A DNA stretch of 64,000 nt from Macrostomum lignano (Eukaryota). The notes under the pieces were generated by a model that made no database searches, was not told the origin of the DNA, and saw nothing but the letters and a program-made list of their open reading frames with translations. Below, in pieces: positions 26,185-35,120 of this stretch; position 1 is the stretch's first letter; the number at the start of each line of letters is the position of its first letter. A program made the position numbers and the translations under genes. The stretch spans positions 1,364,001 through 1,428,000 of the forward strand of contig NIVC01000012.1 in assembly GCA_002269645.1 (NCBI GenBank). The letters run 5' to 3'.

Positions 26185-26900
26185 CTAAAACACCACGAGG
26201 CACTCGCAAATGTACTTCGTCTGTTCACCGCATTCCGAATCATTTATTCCAATTCGATGAGAGCGGTAAATATTTACACAGTCCTGATTGCCATTCTGAT
26301 TGTTTGGCTGTTTCGGCTCCCAAACGTCGGCTCGGATGCTCTCGTTGCATGCGTCCCAGATCCAGCCTGCTGTGCTGATTCCCGAGCCTGGGATCAGGTG
26401 GCCTCCAAGGTATAAGCCATTACCTACTTCCGACACGTTCTTGATCCACACCAGATGGCGAGACTCGTCGGTGTCTAGAGTGTCCGCGAACTTCGACAGT
26501 CCAGCCTCCTGACCGCACTTCTCCTTGGCGTCCAACCAGTTAGCCGCGGCCGAGGCTGACACCTTGTAGGCGGTGCCGAATCGAGCGAACTCGTATCCGG
26601 GAGGACACAAGCGACCCGCCGCTACTCCGGCCATTGATCTCACGTACACGGTCACCAGGTGAGCACAGTTAGGCACTGACTGTACTCGGTGACTGCACTT
26701 GTCGAACAGGCAGCGTGAAGGCCTGGCACTTGGGAGTCTTGGCGCAGAGAAAGCTGCAGGACAGCTGTTTGCATAACCCCAGCACAATCTTAGTGAACTC
26801 AGGGCGAACGCAGTCAGCTCCTGACGTTTTTCTGAACGATACTTTTGCATTCGGGCATGTGCTAGACTGTTTCGAAGGCGTAACTATCAGCTGCTGCAGC
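26185..26900 (-). pseudogene. Lectin copy 3 with a 29-bp frameshifting deletion and a divergent N-terminus
   Basis: Relative to copy 1, AACAGCTTGCAGACACAGTCGCCAGCGGG is missing at 26710/26711. The CTLD is intact to CECLVVF*. The N-terminus of the 221-aa ORF in the track is out of frame. Confidence 0.82.
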
Positions 26901-28193
26901 AGGAAAGTCAGCGTTTGGAAACGAAGTAAGTTGTAAATTTTTAGGGCTCTAAAAATATGAGGAGATAAGGAAGTTTTTTGAATGAACGAATATAAAATAT
27001 TAAGATATACCGATTAACTTTAGAAAGCTTAGCCTTTCCTGCCAAATGCTTACCTATGCTTTCGTTTATGCATTTTCGGACGATCAAGCGATGCAAAATG
27101 TTGGCTTTTTAGCACTCAACGTTTCATTTGCTTTGGAACTAGCTACGTACTTCTTTTCAAAAGGCTTTGCTTGTTTCGTATACAAGCAAGTGGCAGGAGA
27201 GGATTTCCTCATGCGCTAGCTTTCTCCTATTTATCAACTGGCAATTTTCACCTATACTGAACTACTTCAGAAATTGTCAGGCCAGAGAGAGAGCAAGTTC
27301 CTGGCCGGTCTACAGAAAGGGTTTGCAAGGGTTGAGCCGGTACCAGGGTAACCGCAGGTTGAAGTCCGAGTGGGCCAAAAACACCGGTTTAAATAGCCGC
27401 CAATTGGACCGCAGTTTGTTATAATGGAACACGTCGATTCTGATTGGCTGAGCCGATTTGTTTAAATAAGCGTCGAATTTTCTGATTGGCTGAGCTTTTT
27501 GCCACCCAAAGTCACGTGACCGGGAGATCCTATCAGTTCCCTCGGGGTCGTAAAAATGACAGGTGCGGCCATAAATCAATCAAAATCGCAACAAAACGAT
27601 TTATGACTTTTCGCGTAGAATTGACAAACATTAATGAAAAAATATACATTAGAAAGCTCTTATTAAGCAGAAAGTGAAGATAATGAAGAGAAATCGCTAA
27701 TCGCTAATCCCAACGTACTTGTAGGGGTAAAATTCATAGCTGTCAAAGCTGTCAAACGCCTGAGTGAAAACGAACAATAGGCCCTGACCTCATAAATCTT
27801 GATGGCCTGTCAAAATGATGAGAAAAAAGCTACCGCCCGCATCCTCTCAGACCATCTGGCGCCAGCCTCCGCATTGAGTGAGGCGCAGGTGGCTGTCAGA
27901 CCAGCTCAGACGCAATGATTTATGACCCAAAAGCAAAAAAAAAATTCGCACCTATGTTATTATAACTACAAGTATGGTAGATTAATATAGCTACAAAAGT
28001 CCTACTAGTATGAATTCTAGAAAAATTACAAGAGAAGGAGAAAAACGCCCATAACCTGCTGTTAGTAGGCTAGCAAGTTTAGACCCCATGTGCTAGCGTG
28101 GAATTTGGGAAAAAGTGCGTCCTCATCAACAACATAATTCGCGAAACATTAGTTGTAATTTTTTTCTAAATGGCCAGATTACTAAAAACTTCT

Positions 28194-28859
28194 ACATAGA
28201 TTATAATAAATTCTTTCTTCCGACGCGTTTCGGTCCAACAATGACCATCTTTAGAAACTCAGTAGACTGAAATCCCATGTTCCTCTTGCTCTGGCGGCAG
28301 GTGTTGTGTATAAGTTCTCTTGTTCTGTTGACCAGAACATTACCTATATAGGTAAAACTAAAAGGCACCTGTACACCAGAGTCAGAGAGCATTGGTTAAA
28401 AAGGTCGGCTATCCAAGACCACCTGCTCTGTTGCAACAGTTGTTGCGAAATTGAGCAAACTCAGCAGTTTAAAATTATTGATCGGTGTAGAACTGATTTT
28501 AGGCTCAACATACTTGAATCCATGTACATTAAAGACCAAAAACCTAATCTGAATATTCAGCTCTCCCATAGTGGTGCGGGCCATTTGCTCAAGGTATTCT
28601 AAGTAAAGGCACTAGTCTGAACAATGTACTTGCAATCTATGCTTAACATTTTTTGGAAAATTCTGCCCATGACATGCCCTTTAGACTGTACAGTTAACAT
28701 TTGTTCACTTATAAAGTTGTTGTGTGAGTTAAAAATACACCAGACCCTGAAGATGGTCATTGTTGGACCGAAACGCGTCGGAAGAAAGAATTTATTATAA
28801 TCTATGTTGATTTTAACTTTTGTATTTCTCTGCCTGCTAAAGCGTGCTACCTTACCTCA
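28194..28859 (+). mobile_element. Truncated Penelope-like element (GIY-YIG endonuclease C-terminus, inverted pLTR segments, 13-bp TSD)
   Basis: ORF 28306-28602 YIGKTKRHLYTRVREH...LNILESMYI...PNLN; perfect 58-bp inverted repeat 28194-28251 / 28750-28807; ACTAAAAACTTCT at 28181-28193 and 28860-28872. Confidence 0.9.
28741..28785 (+). ncRNA. Minimal type I hammerhead ribozyme-like motif in the Penelope pLTR
   Basis: CTGAAGA (28747-28753), stem II GGTC/GACC, GAAAC (28770-28774), palindromic ACGCGT helix III and GTC cleavage triplet (28777-28779). Stem I is only about 2 bp. Confidence 0.55.
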
Positions 28860-29966
28860 ACTAAAAACTTCTCTTTGTCGAAAATTTTTTAGCGTATTAA
28901 AAACTTGAGTTATTTTTAACTCCCCGAATCAGTTCCGCAAGTTTTAGCAAACGCTTTCTAACAAATACTGACAGTAGTTTCTTGTGCCCTCTCTGCGGGT
29001 TCTACTTTTGAAGAAACAGTAATAGGCGCTTTTTTCTTTTGAAAAGTCGAGTTTGGCAGGTGCAAGAGTTACTCCTCCTACCTTGAAGTGTCGCACTGCA
29101 GCAACGAATTGAAGAGCTTTAATGTTGTTCTTAGAAGTGGGAAACTAAAATAGATGAGGAAGACTCTGTTTACGTGTACCGTTTATATGTGCCGTAGCGT
29201 TGGTGTGTTACTTTACCGCAGCCAATAAGTCTCAGTGGAAAATAATGTTATGAGTATATTAAAAATTCGGATGTACGTTGCATAAGCAAGGTTTGGAACC
29301 GATGAAAACGTACTAATATGTATATTTAGCTTCACTATGCAAAAAATCTGTTGTTAAGCGCAATTTTATTGCACAAAAGAACTATCCAAGGACTCCTAAA
29401 TGAAAGTAGTTATTTGAAAAACCAATCTTAATTTATATTCCACGAGCTATATGTTATTTAACAAATGATAGACACATGTAATTTGGCATACGATATAAGA
29501 AGAACATCACAATATTGTTTAGCAAATCGTTTTTACTCCGTTTTTACTCGGGTGGCGTATGCAGTCAATAGAGAAGAGCTAAACAAAACTTAGCTATAGG
29601 AAAGCTCGGGGTCCACACGTTGCAATAATCTTCTTACTCTGCGACTGATGCTACACACATTTCGTGCATCTCCACCGTACTTCGAGAATTTAATACAATA
29701 CGAGTGACAATGGCATAAAAGGTCTAATGCGTACGGTCGTATAGTCGTTCTTTCATTGTATTTCGCACACCGAATAACCTCAAGTTGAGCTAACCTGTAC
29801 ATTCTATATAGAAACTTCAACAATCAATAGCTGCGGGTCGTGTGTTATTAGAAAAGACCTTAGCGAGAGCTGGCAATCTAGGCTCGGAAACACACTCACC
29901 AGACATTTTAGCATTAAACTAAATTAAGCAGCTTCAGTTGCTTAACAAAAGCGACAAACGCACAGT

Positions 29967-31965
29967 ATGGCTTCAAATCTGCTTGTCAGATTCGTCAGCG
30001 TTATTATGCTGCTATTCTGCGGCATTCTAATCGGCAGGTGGTTCTTCCCGATCTCTGATATACATTTATACAACAGCAATGACAAAATTAGACACGAGAC
30101 ACTCGGCGAAAGCGGCATTCCCTGTATCGTTCATCAGACGTGGAAGAGTCACCGACTGCTCAGCGCCAGGGCTCAACGATGGCGAAACAGCTGGGCTCGC
30201 TGTCTAACCGACTGCAAGCACATGCTCTGGACTGACGAAGATAATCGCCGGCATATTGGGATGCACTTTCCTTGGCTGTTACCTACCTACGAGTGTTTGA
30301 ATTCTGGAGTGCAAAAGTAAGCTGATTTGTAAGCAATCACGAAAGTGCAAAGCCTAGCAATATATGTATATTTACTCTGTTTTCTGTTTGAATTCAAAAG
30401 CTTCAGTTCCGCAGCTTGCATCACTCCAAATAATAAAAATAATAATTTATTACACCTGCCTCAATTGGGCCAGAAGCGCTACCGACAGCTAGCTCAGCCG
30501 CAGATACTGCTCGAGCTCACTCAGCTGTGAAATACGTACTTAATCCACGTCTTGTGTTAAGTTTGTCTTAAGCTTGTCTTAAGCTAGCTTAAGAAGTCCC
30601 TGTCTGGGGGATACTTGCTACCTTGGGGGAGGGGGTGCTTGCTACCGGAGGATGCTTGCTATCTAGGGGGGCGTTGCTTGCTACCGTCGAATGCTTGCTA
30701 TTTGGGGGGATGCTTGCGGTCTGGGGGATACATTCTATTTAGACAAATTCGCGTTATCTTTGTGAAGGCTTTTTTGTTGTATTTTTGTTACTTTTACAAA
30801 AAAAGAGATTCTTAGCAAACATCATTGTTCGTGACAATTTTACTCGAATAAGGTGATTTATAAAACTGAAGAACGAATTGGTTCTTAAGAAAATGTGCTT
30901 TATAATGGATTTGCATCAATATATAATTTTTGCTCCTTGCTTATTGCGCGCCTTGAGGGAGGCGCTAGATTGCTAGTTAACCCTAAACCTAAACCCTAAT
31001 CTACTTACTTAACCCTAACACTACCAAACCTAACCTACCCTTATCTACCAAACTGTAAACACTACCTTACCTACGAGCTACCCACCTAACCACAGCCTTA
31101 ACAGCTAGCTCGTAACTCGTTGGCAGGCAAAAAGTTGCTGTTAGTGAAAAGTCAACACTCGAACTAGTGTAGCTGTGCATCGTTTTCCTTTTGAAACAAG
31201 CAAAAAAATAGTTGCATTCCATTATTGCTTAATAAAACTATAGGGTCATATATTATACTCGTAACTTATTGCATAGTGTATGAGTCGAAAGCTTATAAAT
31301 TTATAATTGCAGGTCAGACTTAGCCAAGTACACATACTTGCTGCACTACGGTGGTATCTATGCAGATATAGACACTGTCTGCCTTCGAGACTTCCGTAGC
31401 CTGCTGAGCAAATCAGCGTTAGTATTTGCCAATATGGACGGACGCTGGCTTCGCAGTGTTAACGGTAGCTACGTGCAAAACTCATTGATGGCTTCAAGGC
31501 CGGAGCACCGGTTCTGGATGGCTCTACTAAAACGAATTGTTGCTAAGCGCAGGTAAAGTTGAGAATTTACTTTGTTGAATGTTTGCAACAACAAGAATGA
31601 CAAACACCGTCCATATTATCAGTTGGTGGTTAATAAAAGGGACTCTTCTATAAAGCCATTCCACTTTCAGAATGAACAAGGCGGTGGGATCCACGCCACC
31701 AGAGCAGACCACTGGCTCCGTAGTTCTCATGGAGGAGTTACAGCAGTATTTGGACGATGGTCGCACCGATGTCAGAGTATTTCCTTCGCGGTACTTCAAT
31801 CCATTCAGCTGGATCACCGCGGGCAACCAAGGGAACCCTAAGGCAGCCAGTTGTCTGACGATGGGCAACATGAACGAGGACCAGGAGGCAGCCTGCGTAG
31901 CCGCTTTCCCGGAAGCCTACGTAGTGCACATGCACAGCAAAAGCTGGGGCGGCGGAAAATTATGA
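29967..31965 (+). CDS. GT32-type glycosyltransferase with DXD motif; join(29967..30316,31313..31552,31671..31965), 294 aa
   Basis: N-terminal TM anchor, IPCIVHQTWK, LWTDED, SDLAKY..L.HYGGIYADID, NSLMAS.PEH.FW, FNPFSW, HMHSKSW. Phase-2 introns give an 885-nt ORF. Confidence 0.92.
30440..30530 (-). mobile_element. Diverged 3' tail of the SINE family, or of its partner LINE, in GT intron 1
   Basis: TTACACCTGCC...ACCGACA.CT..CAGCCGCAG resembles 32230-32280. Confidence 0.5.
30595..30730. repeat. Degenerate ~22-25-bp G-rich tandem repeat (TGCTTGCTA...GGGGG)
   Basis: About 6 units. Confidence 0.7.
30975..31100. repeat. Degenerate telomere-like (CCCTAA-like) tract
   Basis: TAACCCTAAACCTAAACCCTAA... 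variants. Confidence 0.6.
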
Positions 31966-32210
31966 TTGAAATTGCGTATTTAAAAAATCGGCATCAAATG
32001 TTGTGCTAGATGTGACTTCTAGTGGAATCGAAACTGATTTCTTAAGGCATAGACTTATTTCATGATTATTTAAATTAATTTAAGATGTCTATATTAGCTA
32101 TTATGTTATTGCATTAAACACGCTTATACCCTTTACACGGATACCGGCATTTTCGCTGCCAGCCATTTGACTGCCGATGATTTAGGTTTTGATCAACAAT
32201 TGAGAGTTTA

Positions 32211-32530
32211 TAATAATAATTAATAATTGATTACACCTGCCCTAATGGGCAGATGTGCAACCGACACTCAGCCGCAGCCATTGCGCGACGCATCTGAAGG
32301 GGTCGCCACCATAGATCTTATATCTAAATCTATATATATGATCTTTGGTCGCCACACACCCTCGATTACCCCAGCTAATGCTGGCACCCATTTTACAGCT
32401 GGGTGAACTGAAGCAATGCAGAGTTAAGTGTCTTGCTCAAAGACACAAATTGTTCGAGTGGGATTTGGGAATCGAACCCCCGACCTTCAAATCGTAAGTC
32501 CGACTCTCTGACCACTAGAGCTACAACCCT
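32211..32530 (-). mobile_element. tRNA-derived SINE with CORE-like domain, copy A (full length)
   Basis: A box TAGCTCTAGTGG and B box GGTTCGATTCCC; central TGTGTCTTTGAGCAAGACACTTAAC...CAGCTGTAAAATGGG resembles the MIR/CORE consensus; (TAA)n-like tail; second copy at 61555. Confidence 0.85.
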
Positions 32531-35120
32531 AGTTCATGTTAGGGTTAAAGTTAAGGTCAGGACTTAGGTAGGGCTTAGGGTTATTGTTAGGCGGGGCAGT
32601 CAATTTTTCGACTTCAGTCGAGGCTGAGAATTCCTGTTTCCTGACGGTCAAATGTCACTAACTCACTGGCAGTCAAATTGCGGCAGAAGCTTTACAGTTC
32701 TTAGGGGATATAGGGGGGTAGTTATCGATTTTCTTGTAGGAAAGGACCTATTTTTAGTGGACGGAAACTGATCTCTAAAACGCTCTTTGATGATCATGTG
32801 AAGCGTATTGATTTTTCTCTTTCGTCAACCGTACAAGTGTATCTACAGTCCCCCTAAACCCACACCGTTAGTAAGCTTCCCTTTGCTCCACTGCGCTCAG
32901 TTAAAGGGTTAAAGTTTATCGATTTTCTAGTCGCCCGATTATCAGCCCAGAGCCCTATCCACACTACCCTGCTAACTCTCCGCGCTGCTCTTTCCTAAGG
33001 GGTGGGTGAAGCCCAGCCTATCGATCGATTTTTTGGCCGTCTGCTCGTCGGCATTTTATATTCCGCTAGCCGCCATTGTTTGGTAGCCATTAGCCAACCG
33101 TTTCTCTCGCTGTGTTGTTTAGTGGGAGGTGATTAAGGCGCTCGTCTGCTCGATGTTTTCGTTGTTGCTTTGTTCGTCGTTGTTTGTTCCCCTCGCTCCA
33201 AACCTTATAATTTCTCGGCGCTGCTCTCTTAAACAGCCTTGTAGTTTATCGATTTTCTAGCGGCTTTCTTATCACCGTTTCACCCAACAGCTAAAAACCT
33301 CATTTTTTAGCGGTCCAACCCTCTCCAGAACGCTCTTGATTGTGTGAATCTTAAATTATAGATTTTCTGGTCACCCTACCGGTACATGGTATATTATTTT
33401 ATAGTTTGTTTTAAATGCTAGTACACTATAAATGTATAGTCTTCAAGCACTGGTGTCTGTTTAAAAAACATTAACAATACAAAAGACACGATTAAACTTA
33501 AAATTATATTCAAATCGCGAATTATCGGAGTGAATTAAATCGCAATTAATTTCAGCGTGTCACTTCAGTAGGGTAGGACATGGCGGCTTTTAATAATTTA
33601 AATGGCGCAATTACTGCAAATCGAAGAATGAACCGAACAAACATAGAGAAATGGAAGCAATATAAACGCTCTATGTACGTGGAAACTGATCGCAAAATAA
33701 ACTAAATATGATAGGAAATAAGCTAAAAATTAGTTTTAAGAATTTTCCGTGTTGCGTTGATATAGAGACAAAGGAATAAGAATCAGTGAAAAAATATATT
33801 CTGTGAAAATAAAAAGTTGCCAAATTTTCAATACAGCTTAAAAGTAAAAACGAGGTCGCAATTGAGAAAGTTGAACAAACAACTAAAAATAAGGAAAACA
33901 ATTAATATCCAATGACAATAACAATCCCTTTAGAAAATTAAACGATTACACTGAAAGATGAAAAGCAATTTCAATGCATTAAAGTTATTCAATATGTCAA
34001 TATGTATATTAAAAATGTATGATTTATATTAAAAATATGAATAATCAGATTTCTACATCATATATGCCAGATTAACGAACTCGACAGTGACTTTCCAGGC
34101 AGCGTCACAGCTGTTGAGCAAGCTCGATAAATATTTGTTATTTATAAAGATAGATTAATAACTTGCGAAATGAATAATTTCGCATAATTTTAACAACTAT
34201 TTAAAATCGTAATTTGCGTTAAAATGAGCAGAGACTTACGTGATAGATAATATCTACATTTGATGATAATACTGACACTTGACAGGTTAAATGGACTGTA
34301 TATAGATTCAGAAGTACATATATAGCTATTATTAATTCCAAAGCAAATATTTTCACAGTTACTAAAATAATGAACTTACCTATGTCAAAAATATTAACTT
34401 TCGAAAATATTGAACAGATACTTATTAATATCTTACAGAAAAACAAATTAGAATGAACGAATATGTAGAATCTACAACGAAGTGCATGTAGTTAAATGAG
34501 CTGTCGGGCTTAAAAAAATAGTATATACCAGCTAGATAGAAAAACAAACTTGAAGACATCAAATAATAGACATAAAAAATAAGACAAAATATTTCCAAGC
34601 TAGACTAGAGCTATAATTTTACTATACTGCTACTGACTGCGTATCTGAACAGTAGTCTACAAAGTGCATTTAGGTGAGCGATTCTCAGAAGCGTATAAAT
34701 TTAACTCGCTAAGTATGACGGCTTAGAAATCAAATTTAGGGAGTTCAGTTTTTCGGGCGCTTCTAAGACAACATTCGCAATTAGGGAACGACTTTAAATT
34801 GTAAAGACAACAAAGCTAAAAGTCGTTGCGAGTGGCAAGCTTATATAGTCCTCCAATAAAAACTTCGATAGTTTATAAATTAAGCTAATCTGTTAGCCTA
34901 TTGCGGTCAACGAAGCCAGAGAAGTTTCCTTGAAAACGATAGAATGCGTGAGCAAAAAGAGCCGGAAAAAAGCTTCCGAATAAAAAAATAACGCTATGCG
35001 CGTACATCGCCTACAACACCAAGACACTCAGAATTATGCGCTATAGTTTGCTCAAGTAAGTACATGTAAGAGGCGATCATATCCTGGACAAAATTTACAT
35101 AAATTGTAATTAATAGAAGG

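Noticed and set aside
26185-26850. 221-aa ORF as an intact lectin gene
   Set aside because: Its N-terminus is an off-frame reading of the PAN region upstream of a 29-bp deletion, and it has no signal peptide.
32440-32530. Possible tRNA gene on the minus strand
   Set aside because: The acceptor stem is not closed and the sequence continues into a CORE-like body and tail; this is a SINE head.
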